Shown: positions 31,540-44,522, numbered from the stretch's first letter. The stretch: 64,000 nucleotides of DNA from Blastocatellia bacterium (GCA_035607285.1 DATNBZ010000164.1:28142-92141), one strand, 5' to 3'. Notes: generated from the sequence alone by a model not told the origin. Made by a program: numbers and translations.

Positions 31540-32511
31540 TCACGGCCGTGGTTTGGCTTCCAATTCAAGATCCGGGTGCTCTGCTTCAGACCGACGCGGC
31601 CTGAGTAAGGACCATAACTTCACCAGCACTCCGTGTGAAGCATAGGCGGTCGAGATCACCAGCAGAAAATACTGCGAATAAAACCAGATCAACATCGCCA
31701 CCAGCGCCAAGCCAATGATCAGAATTCGCGGATTGCGATTCCCTACTCCCGCGTTCTTGAAGCTCGAGTAGCGTAGCGTCGAGATCATCAGAAAGGCGAG
31801 GCACACAACCAGCACAAGAAGCGCGGTCGCGTAAAAGTGAGCACCTATCGGTAACGACCACAGGTGAGATTCGTTGGCGTAGCTGACCGGCTTGGGTCTG
31901 AAGTGCACGATCGAGGCGATCATCGCCGCGCCGACCGGTATCGGCATTCCCACGAAAGCCTTCCTGTCGACCTTCGGATTCTTGGGCGGCAGGTTAGAGT
32001 GGGGACGCCGAGCCTGAACGTTGAAACGCGCCAGCCTCAGCGCGCCACAGATCACAAACAGAAACGAAGCTGCCCAGCCGATGTTATGAAGATCCGGCAC
32101 TCCTCCATAGCTCCAGGCGAACGCAAGCACCGCCGGCGCGATCCCGAACGAAATAACGTCGGCTATCGAATCCAATTCGAGTCCGAATTCCGACGTAGCA
32201 TTTGTCATCCTGGCGACGCGGCCGTCCAGCAAATCGAAAAGCGCCGCAAGCCCGATCGTGATGGCGGCGCGATCGAAGTGCTCGGTAGCCAAAGCGATCG
32301 CGTTGGTTCCCACCGGCTCGGACCCATTGTTCAAGCCGACCAGAGCAAGCGATCGAGCGCCGGCAAGCGATTCCATCACGGAATAAAACCCACAAAAGAT
32401 GTTAGCGGTCGTCAGCAGGCTCGGAATTACAAACACGCCTTTGCGAAATCGCTGTCGCAACCGACGAGCTTGAGCTTCGTCAACCGTAGAGTTGGTTGTG
32501 CGGCTGGCCAT
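31540..32511 (-). CDS. pssA: CDP-diacylglycerol--serine O-phosphatidyltransferase (CDP-alcohol phosphatidyltransferase family).
   Basis: DLLDGRVARMTNATSEFGLELDSIADVISFG matches the D-x2-DG-x2-AR...G-x3-D-x3-D motif. The protein has 8 TM segments. The true start is MASRTTN. The upstream track ORF is a repeat artefact. Confidence 0.85.
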   Translation of the reverse strand: MASRTTNSTVDEAQARRLRQRFRKGVFVIPSLLTTANIFCGFYSVMESLAGARSLALVGLNNGSEPVGTNAIALATEHFDRAAITIGLAALFDLLDGRVARMTNATSEFGLELDSIADVISFGIAPAVLAFAWSYGGVPDLHNIGWAASFLFVICGALRLARFNVQARRPHSNLPPKNPKVDRKAFVGMPIPVGAAMIASIVHFRPKPVSYANESHLWSLPIGAHFYATALLVLVVCLAFLMISTLRYSSFKNAGVGNRNPRILIIGLALVAMLIWFYSQYFLLVISTAYASHGVLVKLWSLLRPRRSEAEHPDLELEAKPRP

Positions 32512-32605
32512 CGTTTCCTTTACTCTCCCGAGGTTCCAGATCCCGATAGTACGACGACTAGTGTCTCTAATCCAAATGAACTGAAGTTGTTCGGATTCTG
32601 CGTCG

Positions 32606-32725
32606 CTTAATAGCCTCCGCGTGCTTTGCGGTCCTTTGCGGCTTTGCGCTGAGTATTGCGTATTGAAGCAGCAATACACAATACTCAGCGCAAAGCCGCA
32701 AAGGACCGCAAAGCACGCAAAGGCT
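32606..32725. repeat. Family-A palindromic repeat element, copy A2.
   Basis: gttcggattctgcgtcgcttaatagcctccgcgtgctttgcggtcctttgcggctttgcgctgagtattg...caatactcagcgcaaagccgcaaaggaccgcaaagcacgcaaagg. Confidence 0.85.
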
Positions 32726-32824
32726 CAGGGCGGCCGGCCCTGCTTGACACTGTCCGACTTGGGGACTTATAAGCCTACGCATCAAACGAAATCATTGCCA
32801 TTTTCAGTCCTGATCGGAGGATCT

Positions 32825-34960
32825 ATGAAACACGCTCGCCCAGTCAAACTCAGTGTGTTCTCGATCACGCTCGTGATTTTAGGGGCGTCGCTCGCCTGGG
32901 GCAACGGCTTCACTCTCGAGCAAGTCTTGAGCTCCCCTTTTCCTTCCGACCTGATCGCCTCGAAGAACGGCGACAAGGTCGCCTGGGTATTCGACGCCGA
33001 AGGCAAGCGCAATATCTGGATAGCCGAAGCGCCCGCCTTCAAAGGCCGGCAACTGACCCGCTACGACAAAGACGACGGGCAGGAAATAACCGAGCCTGGT
33101 TTTTCGCCTGATGGAAATTGGATTGCCTACGTAAGAGGCGGCCCTCCGAATAGTGATAAGGACGTTCCCAATCCGACGACCGATCCCGCCGGCGCTAAAC
33201 AAGAAGTATGGGTTGCCAACGTCCGTACCGGAGCACTCATGAAAGCCGGCGTTGGAACTCATCCGTTCTTTTCAGTTCGTAGCGACCGTGTCTTTTTCGA
33301 CAACGAAGATCATCTCTGGTGGGTCCCGCTCGCAGCCGCTTCTGCCGCAAGAGGAGCCGCCCAAAAACCCGCAGTTACACCGAAGAAGATGTTTGAGATT
33401 CGCGGCGACGTAATGTCGCCGGCTTGGTCGCCCGACGGCTCTCAACTCGCGTTCGTCTCCGGCCGCGCCGATCACAGCTTTATCGCTATCTACGAAACAA
33501 GCGCAATGCGCATTCGCTTCCTCGAGCCGAGCACCGATCGCGATATCGAGCCTCGCTGGTCTCCCGACGGAAAACGAATCGCCTACATTCGCCTCTTCAA
33601 CATCAGCGACACGCCGTCCGCCGATCGAGAAAGGCTCGTTCCGTGGTCGATCAGGGTTGTGGATGTTGCGACCGGCCAGGGCAAGGAAGTCTGGCGCTCC
33701 GGAAACACCGCGATGGACTCGTTCTCACGATTACCTGTAGGCGAGAACACATTGCAGTGGGCCGCGGGGGGTCAACTCGTGTTCGCTTCAGAGAAGGACG
33801 GCTGGGCGCATCTCTATTCAGTTTCTTCGAGCGGTGGACCGGAGAACGCGCTCACGCCGGGCGGCTACGAGATCGAGAATGTCGCGTGGCCGCCCGACCG
33901 GTCTTACGTTGTCGTTGCCTGCAACAACGGAGACATAGATCACCGTCACCTGTGGAAGGTGAACGTTGGCGGCGGCGCTCCCGAACAACTCACAAGCGGT
34001 CCCTCAATCGAGATGTACCCGGTGATCGTCAGCGGAGGAAAACAAATCGCGTTCATGCGCTCGACCGCAACCAGTCCTCTCCTTCCGTACATCTCTTCAT
34101 CCGACGCAAAGGCGCCCAGGGCCCTTGCGCCACAAGCGCTCTCGGCCGACTTTCCCTCCAATCAACTAGCCGCACCCGAACAAGTCATATTCAAAGCGGC
34201 CGACGGCACTGAGATACACGGGCAGTTCTTCAAGCCGAAGAGCGCGGCGGGCAAATCACCGGCGGTGGTTTTCATGCACGGAGGTCCGATTCGCCAGATG
34301 CTGCTCGGTTGGCACTACAGTTACTACTATCACAATGCGTACGCCATGAATCAGTACCTCGCAAGCCGGGGCTATGCGGTGTTGTCCGTCAATTATCGAG
34401 CGGGGATCGGATACGGCCGCGCATTTCGCGAAGCGAAGCATCGCGGCGCGCGCGGGGCTTCGGAGTACCAGGACATCGTAGCTGCGGGCAAATATCTCCG
34501 CACTCGCAGCGACATCGACGGCAAACGAATAGGCTTATGGGGTGGTTCTTACGGCGGCTTCCTTACGGCTATGGGACTGGCTCGAGACTCGGATCTGTTC
34601 GCGGCGGGCGTTGATCTCCACGGGGTTCACGACTGGAGCGCTCGAGTAGGTGGACGCGGCGCGGCCGGCGCGGGTTCTCCGGATCTGAACAAGCTGGCTC
34701 GTGAGTCTTCGCCGATCGCGTCGGTAGACAAGTGGAAGTCGCCGGTCTTGCTGATACACGGAGACGACGATCGCAACGTAGCCTTCAGCCAGACGGTGGA
34801 TTTGGTTCGCAAGCTTCGCGAACATCACGTCGAATTCGAAGAGCTGATATTTCCGGATGAAGTGCACGACTTCCTGAGGCACGAGGACTGGCTGCGAGCT
34901 TATCACGCGGCGTCGGATTTCTTTGCTCGAAAACTGAGAGCGGGCCAGGCTCAGAACTAA
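32825..34960 (+). CDS. S9 family serine peptidase with an N-terminal beta-propeller (second paralog).
   Basis: Signal peptide MKHARPVKLSVFSITLVILGASLAWG, repeated SP(A/R)WSPDG blades, and a catalytic GLWGGSYGGFLTAMGL. Confidence 0.88.
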   Translation: MKHARPVKLSVFSITLVILGASLAWGNGFTLEQVLSSPFPSDLIASKNGDKVAWVFDAEGKRNIWIAEAPAFKGRQLTRYDKDDGQEITEPGFSPDGNWIAYVRGGPPNSDKDVPNPTTDPAGAKQEVWVANVRTGALMKAGVGTHPFFSVRSDRVFFDNEDHLWWVPLAAASAARGAAQKPAVTPKKMFEIRGDVMSPAWSPDGSQLAFVSGRADHSFIAIYETSAMRIRFLEPSTDRDIEPRWSPDGKRIAYIRLFNISDTPSADRERLVPWSIRVVDVATGQGKEVWRSGNTAMDSFSRLPVGENTLQWAAGGQLVFASEKDGWAHLYSVSSSGGPENALTPGGYEIENVAWPPDRSYVVVACNNGDIDHRHLWKVNVGGGAPEQLTSGPSIEMYPVIVSGGKQIAFMRSTATSPLLPYISSSDAKAPRALAPQALSADFPSNQLAAPEQVIFKAADGTEIHGQFFKPKSAAGKSPAVVFMHGGPIRQMLLGWHYSYYYHNAYAMNQYLASRGYAVLSVNYRAGIGYGRAFREAKHRGARGASEYQDIVAAGKYLRTRSDIDGKRIGLWGGSYGGFLTAMGLARDSDLFAAGVDLHGVHDWSARVGGRGAAGAGSPDLNKLARESSPIASVDKWKSPVLLIHGDDDRNVAFSQTVDLVRKLREHHVEFEELIFPDEVHDFLRHEDWLRAYHAASDFFARKLRAGQAQN

Positions 34961-35339
34961 GCCGTAGGTTCAAGAACTGAGATCCCTGACTCGCTGTCGT
35001 CGCCCGGGCGCTCTTTTGGAAAGCTGATGCGGTCATAAACATCAGCCAGGCGCAGTGAACAATCAATCGAGGCGATGTAAAGCGTGCCTTCAAGCCCATC
35101 GACTGAGGATAGAACCCATTCACCTGATCGGTGGACGTAGTGGTCTATCATCGGCATTGATTGCGAGACCACGACATAGTCTTTGAGTGACGGAAGGTGC
35201 GTGCGATAGCGCCGGAACTTTTCGCCGCGATCAAAGGCTTCCGTAACCCGTCCAGATACTCGTGACGCTCTTCCGACTCTCGTTCGATCGCTAAGTATTC
35301 TTCGACGGTATGAAGTGTTTGTGTTTGCGGCAAGCTCAT
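34957..35339 (-). pseudogene. Uma2-family (DUF820) endonuclease remnant, frameshifted and internally shortened.
   Basis: The N-terminal fragment HTVEEYLAIERESEERHEYLDG (35148-35339) and the C-terminal fragment IDHYVHRSGEWVL...LEGTLYIASIDCSLRLADVYDRI (34957-35172) are in different frames. The total span is too short for an intact Uma2. Confidence 0.6.
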
Positions 35340-35396
35340 AACTGAACTCGATTATAGCCTCTCCGTTTAGGCAAGAGAAGCGATCCTTGCGGCGCG

Positions 35397-35527
35397 GGGT
35401 GCCTTAATTTGGAGTGCGGCGGCAAGGTACTCCGCGACGCCGCTTTCCCTTCCAGATCAACTAAATCACCAGACAAAAGCGGCGTCGCGGAGTACCTTGC
35501 CGCCGCACTCCAAAATTAAGGCACCGC
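35397..35527. repeat. Very long unique hairpin (about 55-bp arms).
   Basis: ccttaatttggagtgcggcggcaaggtactccgcgacgccgcttt ... aaagcggcgtcgcggagtaccttgccgccgcactccaaaattaagg. Confidence 0.8.
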
Positions 35528-35669
35528 CTGGCGGCGCGTAGTGGGGTATTAGTGTGTAGCTAAAGCTTGATGCACCTTCTAAGTACCCTCGACTACCTGG
35601 GCGGCGGGCCGAATGGAAGAAATTCTCCTGCCTTGTGTCTAATCATGGTGTAGCACTAATCTAGTCCTA

Positions 35670-36248
35670 ATGAATGTCCGGGAGATGCAGCCTGATTCCG
35701 AGGAGCGCGAGCTTGTCGACGCGGCGCGCCGTGAGGATAGGGGTGCGTTCAAGGCACTCTACGAGCGCTATCGCGACCGGGTCTACAACCTCGCGTTCTA
35801 TTCGTTGGGCGAGGAGCTGTGGGCCGAGGATGTGCTGCAGATTGTATTCTTGAAAATCTATCGGGGACTGCCCGCCTTTCGTTATGAGGCTTCGCTTTCG
35901 ACGTGGATCTACCGAATCGCGGTAAATGAATGTCAGAACCAGCTCCAGAGGCGCGGCGCGAAGCACGTTCCGCTCGACGCAATACTGGGCAGCGACGAGG
36001 AATTCGATACCGCCAAGTTGCCCGATACGGAACATCTTGAACGCGAACGCCGGCAGATACTGCGCGATGCCGTGATGGATCTGTCGCCGAAGCTTCGAGG
36101 CGTCGTCGTGCTGAAGTACGTTGAAGGCCTGTCCTACGATGAGATCGCTCGAGTGTTGGAGTGCGCTCCCGGAACCGTCGCGTCTCGGCTCAACCGAGCC
36201 CTTGCCGAGTTGGAAACGCGATTGCACCCGCTTAGAAGGATTCTTTGA
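35670..36248 (+). CDS. ECF-type RNA polymerase sigma-70 factor.
   Basis: Region 2 AFKALYERYRDRVYNLAFYSLG...IYRIAVNECQN and region 4 LSYDEIARVLECAPGTVASRLNRA. Confidence 0.9.
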   Translation: MNVREMQPDSEERELVDAARREDRGAFKALYERYRDRVYNLAFYSLGEELWAEDVLQIVFLKIYRGLPAFRYEASLSTWIYRIAVNECQNQLQRRGAKHVPLDAILGSDEEFDTAKLPDTEHLERERRQILRDAVMDLSPKLRGVVVLKYVEGLSYDEIARVLECAPGTVASRLNRALAELETRLHPLRRIL

Positions 36249-36261
36249 TCGGTAGGAACGA

Positions 36262-36335
36262 CTCTCGTAGTAACGAATTTATTCGTTCAATAGTCAGAGA
36301 ACGAATGAATTCGTTACTACGAGGAAACGCGGTAG
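36262..36335. repeat. AT-rich hairpin between the sigma and anti-sigma genes.
   Basis: tcgtagtaacgaatttattcgttc ... gaacgaatgaattcgttactacga. Confidence 0.6.
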
Positions 36336-36376
36336 CGAAACACATTCCTTACTACACAGCTAGAGAGGTAAGAAAC

Positions 36377-37090
36377 ATGAGATGCTGGCGTGTGAACCTT
36401 CGTCAAAAGTTCTCGCTTTATTTGAACGGTGAGCTCTCACCATCCGATGTCAAGCGTATCGAAGACCATCTGCTTGACTGCGCATCTTGTCGAGACCGGT
36501 TTGCGCAGCTTCGTAGCGGCCATCGCCTGGCGCAGCAGATACCGCGGTTCACACCCGAGCGCAATCCGTGGGCTTCAATTGAAGCGGGCCTGGAGGCTGA
36601 GCGATTCGCGCCCGCGCAAAGACCGCGCGCGCGTGGCCAGTGGCGCGGGCTGATGATCAAGCCTGGTTTCGCGCTGGCTTTCATCGGAGTCGCCGCCCTC
36701 ATCGCCGCGGTGCTTGTTGTGTCGACCAGGCGCTCGCCCGAAGAGGAGCGCGCCGGATCGCTCATGGCCGAAGCGCTCGACCTTAAAGAATTTCACCTTG
36801 TGAATATTGCGGACATCGAACGCAACCGGCAGCCGCACGTCGTTGCTGAAGGCTTCGTCTCGGAGATTCAAGTCAACGACGAAGACGGCGATCTGAGTTT
36901 CAAACTGGTCGACGAGCTGGGCCGGCCCGGACCGTTCATCGTCTGCGAAATCATCGATCCAATTCACCTCGCGCCACCATCGGTCGGAAGTCGAGTGCGA
37001 GTCTACGGCGTCAGCCGCTATGACGGACAGACGGATCACAACTGGTACGAAGTCCATCCGGTGTTGAACATCGAGGTGGTGCGGCGGTAG
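36377..37090 (+). CDS. Anti-sigma factor (zf-HC2 type) with one TM helix and a C-terminal extracytoplasmic domain.
   Basis: HLLDCASCRDRF is a zinc-finger motif. The TM segment is FALAFIGVAALIAAVLVV. RBS gagagg precedes ATG 36377. The upstream part of the track ORF crosses the hairpin. Confidence 0.75.
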   Translation: MRCWRVNLRQKFSLYLNGELSPSDVKRIEDHLLDCASCRDRFAQLRSGHRLAQQIPRFTPERNPWASIEAGLEAERFAPAQRPRARGQWRGLMIKPGFALAFIGVAALIAAVLVVSTRRSPEEERAGSLMAEALDLKEFHLVNIADIERNRQPHVVAEGFVSEIQVNDEDGDLSFKLVDELGRPGPFIVCEIIDPIHLAPPSVGSRVRVYGVSRYDGQTDHNWYEVHPVLNIEVVRR

Positions 37091-37186
37091 TTAGCCGCAG
37101 CGGCTCGACACATCCGAGTCGATCTAACGGCAAAGCAACAATAACTAAAGAACACTTCAAAAAAGAGCTACTTCAAAAACGACGAG

Positions 37187-40192
<3,006 letters not shown>

Positions 40193-40225
40193 GTGAAAGC
40201 CGTGGGTTGTTTCAGGATGAAATAA

Positions 40226-40340
40226 CCTTCGCGTGCTTTGCGGTCCTTTGCGTCTTTGCGTTGAGAATTCTCATGCGCCCCTCGGGGAGAATTCTCAACG
40301 CAAAGACGCAAAGGACCGCAAAGCACGCGAAGGACTGACC
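40226..40340. repeat. Family-A palindromic repeat element, copy A3.
   Basis: ccttcgcgtgctttgcggtcctttgcgtctttgcgttgagaattctc ... gagaattctcaacgcaaagacgcaaaggaccgcaaagcacgcgaaggactgac. Confidence 0.85.
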
Positions 40341-40401
40341 GCACGTTACAAGTCAGAAACCCGGTCGCGATCGAAATTCAAGAGCAGGACGGAATTCAAG
40401 T

Positions 40402-41103
40402 TTGCTGCTGAGCGTCGAAGGAATCTCCAAACGATTCGGATCCAACGCGGTCCTCAAGGATGTCAGCTTTTCAGTACTGGACGGCGAAGTGTTGGGGCTG
40501 ATTGGCCCCAACGGCGCCGGAAAGACTACGTTGTTTGAATGCGTCGCGGGACTCTTGCCTTCGAATGGCGGCGCAGTTCGTTTTAAGGATCGACCTCTCC
40601 CCCTCGCGCGCCGCAAGGACGCGCTGTTCTACATGCCCGACGGAATTCACCCCTGGGCTGATCAAACAGTAAAGTGGGCGCTTCGGTTTTTTGAAAAGCT
40701 TTATCGCGGCGCCAATCTTAAAGCATCATCGCTTGCAGAACCGCTGAAGCTGGACACGCTGATGAAGTCGCGGATCGGCTCGCTTTCAAAAGGCGAGCGC
40801 AAACGCTTCCTCCTGGCGCTCGGGCTGCTGACGCCGCATCCGCTGTTGATGCTCGATGAGCCGTTCGACGGTCTCGACCTGCGACAAACGCGAGACGTGA
40901 TGTCGCTGCTAAAGGATCAGGCGCACCGCGGGCGGACGCTGATGCTTTCGATTCACCAGCTCGTGGACGCCGCTCGTGTTTGTGATCGGTTGGTTTTGTT
41001 GAGCGCGGGAGAAGTAGCCGGTGAAGGAACCATCGCCCAGTTGCAGTCGAAGGCCGGGCTAACCGAAGGCGGGCTCGAGGAGGTCTTCCTTGCGCTCACC
41101 TAG
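40402..41103 (+). CDS. ABC transporter ATP-binding protein.
   Basis: Walker A GPNGAGKTT, the signature LSKGERKR, Walker B LLMLDEPFDGLD, and an H-loop. Confidence 0.92.
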   Translation: MLLSVEGISKRFGSNAVLKDVSFSVLDGEVLGLIGPNGAGKTTLFECVAGLLPSNGGAVRFKDRPLPLARRKDALFYMPDGIHPWADQTVKWALRFFEKLYRGANLKASSLAEPLKLDTLMKSRIGSLSKGERKRFLLALGLLTPHPLLMLDEPFDGLDLRQTRDVMSLLKDQAHRGRTLMLSIHQLVDAARVCDRLVLLSAGEVAGEGTIAQLQSKAGLTEGGLEEVFLALT

Positions 41104-42412
41104 ATGGTTGCAACTCGCGAGCAAAGAGTGCCGTGAGTTGTCGGCATCGCGCGCATACTGGCTTCTGCTGTTGATGATCGCGCCGCTCGTAGGGCACAGC
41201 TTCATCACGGCGGTCGATCTCTATGCCGAAGCCAGCGGCATAGGCGGCGGCCCCGCCGCTTTGTCGCAGGGTTTGACTCCGCTGGACGGAATACTCGTTC
41301 CGACATTTGGAGCTTATGACCTGGCGGTGACGCTGCTCTTTCCGTTCGTCGCGATTCGCTTGATCTCGGCTGAGAAGGAGAGCGGGGCGGCGAAATTGTT
41401 GCTTCAGTTCCCATCGCGTCTCGCCACCAGCGTCGCGGTGAAGGCTCTGGTCCTGCTGCTGGGCTGGATGGTCGCGTGGCTGCCGGGGCTCGTCGCCGTC
41501 GCGCTTTGGAAATCGTACGGCGGGCACTTGTACGCGCCGGAGACTTTGAATCTTCTGCTTGGGCATTTGCTGCGCGTAGCCTTGAGCGGCGGAGTGGCAG
41601 TTGCGGCGGCATCGATAGCCGAGAGCGCTGCGAGCGCCGCCATCGCGACTCTCGGATTCACGGTCGGCACGTGGGCGCTGGACTTCATCGGCGCGGGACG
41701 GGGCGGGTGGACGCAGGAGCTGGCTGCTTACACGCCGACCGCGGCCCTCCGATTGTTCGAGCAAGGACTGCTTCGGCTCAGCACGTTAGTGGTAATCGCA
41801 GTGCTCGCAATCGGAGGCTTTGCGTTGGCAGCCGTCTGGCTGCACACGGGCCGCACCTGGCGCTATCGGTTCATGGCGACATTCGTAGTTATGATCACGC
41901 TTGCCGCGGCAGCAACAGCAGGCGCCGCATTGCGGTCGAGTTGGGATTTGAGTGAGAACCGGCGCAATTCATTTCCGCCGGCGGATGAAGCTGCTCTGAA
42001 GCAAATCAAAGAGCCGCTGAAAGTCACTGTTTATCTATCGGCGGAAGATCCGCGTCTGACCGATCTCGAGCGGAGCATCTTGAGCAAGCTTCAACGAATT
42101 CTGCCGCGCGTCGACGTCGACTACGCGGCAAGCAGCCGCACGGGTTTGTTTGAAGGAGCGGAAGAGCAATACGGCGAGATATGGTACGAGATGGGCGGAC
42201 GGAGAGTTATGAATCGCTCAACGACCGAGCCAATCGTGCTCGAGCAACTCTACGAACTCGCCGAAGTAAAACCACCTGCGCGCGCAAAGGACGTGAACGA
42301 GAACGACTTCCCCGGCTATCCGCTGCCCGCTCGCGCAACAGGAGCGCCGTGGATCTTCTACATGATTTTCCCGGTTGCAACGATCCTGGCCTTCTGGCTT
42401 ATTAGAAAATGA
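41090..42412 (+). CDS. ABC-2 family permease fused to a C-terminal soluble domain (GldG-like N-terminal region).
   Basis: Six hydrophobic TM segments followed by a soluble region. It overlaps the ATPase gene by 14 nt. Confidence 0.7.
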   Translation: MRSPRWLQLASKECRELSASRAYWLLLLMIAPLVGHSFITAVDLYAEASGIGGGPAALSQGLTPLDGILVPTFGAYDLAVTLLFPFVAIRLISAEKESGAAKLLLQFPSRLATSVAVKALVLLLGWMVAWLPGLVAVALWKSYGGHLYAPETLNLLLGHLLRVALSGGVAVAAASIAESAASAAIATLGFTVGTWALDFIGAGRGGWTQELAAYTPTAALRLFEQGLLRLSTLVVIAVLAIGGFALAAVWLHTGRTWRYRFMATFVVMITLAAAATAGAALRSSWDLSENRRNSFPPADEAALKQIKEPLKVTVYLSAEDPRLTDLERSILSKLQRILPRVDVDYAASSRTGLFEGAEEQYGEIWYEMGGRRVMNRSTTEPIVLEQLYELAEVKPPARAKDVNENDFPGYPLPARATGAPWIFYMIFPVATILAFWLIRK

Positions 42413-42423
42413 GAGGAGCTAAC

Positions 42424-43170
42424 ATGAAATTTCGTTTGATCGCAATTGTAGGACTGGTGACTCTTTCGCTGGCGGTTTCGGCCGGGGCGCAACGCACAAA
42501 GAAATCGGCGGGCGGGCCAAAGAGCATCCAAGTCGACTTGTCGAAAGAGAAAGCGGGTGGCGAATCCGCGAAGTTCCTGTCGGTGGTCGGCAACTGGTCG
42601 ATCGTTCAGGACGGCGACAGAAAGGTCCTTGCGGTTGACGGCCGCGAATGGATGCGAGGCCAGCCGGCCGGGGGGCTCGCCGAAAAAGCGCGGGCGATCT
42701 ACGGCTCGCGCCACGAAGAGTTCATCGACAACGTGAAAGCCTTCGCCTACTTTCCCTACGCCGTCGCAAAAGAGATAGACAATTTTACGGACGGCGAAAT
42801 AAGCATTCGCTTCAAGATGATTTCCGGGAAGCTGGATTCATGTGCGGGGATCCTTTTCAACTTGAAACCCAACGGCGATTACCTGACCGTGCGTTTCAAC
42901 GGAAAAGAGGACAACCTCGTTCTTTGGACTTTCAAAACGGGCAAGCGGAGCTTTGTCAAAAAAGGCTCTGAGAACATGCCGCTTGCGAGGAACGAGTGGC
43001 ACTCGATGAAGATCACCGTCAAGGGCCAGAAGCTCGAGGGATACCTGAACGGAAAGCTGCTCCTGCAATACGATCTAGCGGAACCTGTCAGCGGCAAGAT
43101 CGGTACCTGGTCAAAGACGGACAGCGTCAGCTACTTCGATGACTACACTGTAATCCCGGCCTCAAAGTGA
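42424..43170 (+). CDS. Secreted DUF1080-like (3-keto-disaccharide hydrolase / LamG jelly-roll) protein.
   Basis: Signal peptide MKFRLIAIVGLVTLSLAVSAGA. WHSMKITVKGQKLEGYLNGKLLL resembles the DUF1080 C-terminal strands. Confidence 0.55.
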   Translation: MKFRLIAIVGLVTLSLAVSAGAQRTKKSAGGPKSIQVDLSKEKAGGESAKFLSVVGNWSIVQDGDRKVLAVDGREWMRGQPAGGLAEKARAIYGSRHEEFIDNVKAFAYFPYAVAKEIDNFTDGEISIRFKMISGKLDSCAGILFNLKPNGDYLTVRFNGKEDNLVLWTFKTGKRSFVKKGSENMPLARNEWHSMKITVKGQKLEGYLNGKLLLQYDLAEPVSGKIGTWSKTDSVSYFDDYTVIPASK

Positions 43171-43196
43171 ATGCTGCAACGTTGAATATCGGACGT

Positions 43197-43307
43197 TCCT
43201 TTGCGTGCTTTGCGGTCCTTTGCGCCTTTGCGCTGAGTATTGGGTCTTGAAGACGCAATACCGATACTCAGCGCAAAGGCGCAAAGGACCGCAAAGCACG
43301 CGGAAGT
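43197..43307. repeat. Family-A palindromic repeat element, copy A4.
   Basis: cctttgcgtgctttgcggtcctttgcgcctttgcgctgagtattgggtcttgaagacgcaataccgatactcagcgcaaaggcgcaaaggaccgcaaagcacgcggaag. Confidence 0.85.
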
Positions 43308-44437
43308 TACTTCGCTTCGTACTTGATCACTACTCCGCCTAAACCGACCGCCCAACCGGTACGGTTGTTCACAAACACAAGATCTATCAGCCGCGCGGGA
43401 ACCGGCGTTCCTGCATCGATCCAGCTCTCTCCGGCATCGGGCGTGTAAAGGATCGCGCCCTCTTCGCCGATGGCCCAGCCGTGATTCTTGTCGGTGAAAA
43501 CGAGGTCCTGCATCTTGAACTCGTCTTTGATCTCGTACATCTTTCGCCAGGTGCGTCCGCTGTCGGTCGTCTTTGCGATGCGCCCGCTGCGGCCGACCAC
43601 CCACCCGTCGTTTTGAGTAGTGAAGAATACCGACCGGAATACGTCTTCGGGCAGCTTCGTCTGGATCTTTGTCCAGTTGAGTCCGCCGTCGTTTGTCCGA
43701 TAAAAGCTCGCGCCGATGGTGCTCACCCAGGCATGCTCGGTGTCGAGAAAGAAAGCGGATGACACGCTCTGATCGAACGGGTATTTGATCTCGTTCCAGT
43801 TCTGTCCGCCGTCGATCGTGGTGAGAAAGATTCCAGGCTGTTCCGTGAATTCGTCTTTGCGTCCGCCGCCCCAGGCCCACCCGTGAGAGCTGTCGATGAA
43901 GTGGATCTGATCGATCTGCTCCGGCTGTTCGATTTCGGGCTGGCGCTTGTTGCCCGGCAGCTTGAGCTTGACCTTGCCGGCTTTCCGCTGAAGCGACCAG
44001 GTCTTGCCTCCGTCAGTCGTGCGCAGGATATCGCGATCGATGGTCAACGCCCAGCCCCTATCAGGATCTACAAACCAGACCGAGCGAATCTTGTTTTTGA
44101 ACTGATCGGGCATCCCGTGCCAGGTCTGTCCGCCGTCGGTCGTCTGCAGAACCTCGAAGCCCTGATTCGCTTTAAGCGGATCATCAGTTTTTTCGCCGGG
44201 CTTTTTGGGTTTCGCCTTCTTGTTGGCGTTGGCGTCGTCGCCCGGCGCCTCGAAACTCCGCCCGCTTACGCCGTTGATCCAGCCAACGTTCTCATTGACG
44301 AAATTCGCGCTGGAGAATGAGTCGCCGGTGCCGGTATCCTGGGTGACCCATGCCCCGGGCGCTTTAGCGGTCGAGCAGGAAACGCCCGCCAGAGTTGTTG
44401 CGATGACGAAACAGACGAGTATCCGCGGTGTCTTCAT
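43307..44437 (-). CDS. BNR/Asp-box repeat protein (Ycf48-like / sialidase-fold beta-propeller), lipoprotein-type signal.
   Basis: Repeated T(T)DGG(Q/K)TW Asp-box motifs (at least 6). The N-terminus MKTPRILVCFVIATTLAGVSCS is lipoprotein-like. Confidence 0.75.
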   Translation of the reverse strand: MKTPRILVCFVIATTLAGVSCSTAKAPGAWVTQDTGTGDSFSSANFVNENVGWINGVSGRSFEAPGDDANANKKAKPKKPGEKTDDPLKANQGFEVLQTTDGGQTWHGMPDQFKNKIRSVWFVDPDRGWALTIDRDILRTTDGGKTWSLQRKAGKVKLKLPGNKRQPEIEQPEQIDQIHFIDSSHGWAWGGGRKDEFTEQPGIFLTTIDGGQNWNEIKYPFDQSVSSAFFLDTEHAWVSTIGASFYRTNDGGLNWTKIQTKLPEDVFRSVFFTTQNDGWVVGRSGRIAKTTDSGRTWRKMYEIKDEFKMQDLVFTDKNHGWAIGEEGAILYTPDAGESWIDAGTPVPARLIDLVFVNNRTGWAVGLGGVVIKYEAK

Positions 44438-44522
44438 TCGAACCCTCTTTTTGGTTTTCCCGACCAACGCTGATTGATCGCTTCAATTCTATCATCTGAA
44501 TTCTATCGTTTGAATCTGGGCA

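Noticed and set aside
31433-31645. 70-aa ORF overlapping the antitoxin-like gene stop.
   Set aside because: It has no protein-like composition and runs antisense over the pssA 3' end. It is at most a toxin remnant.
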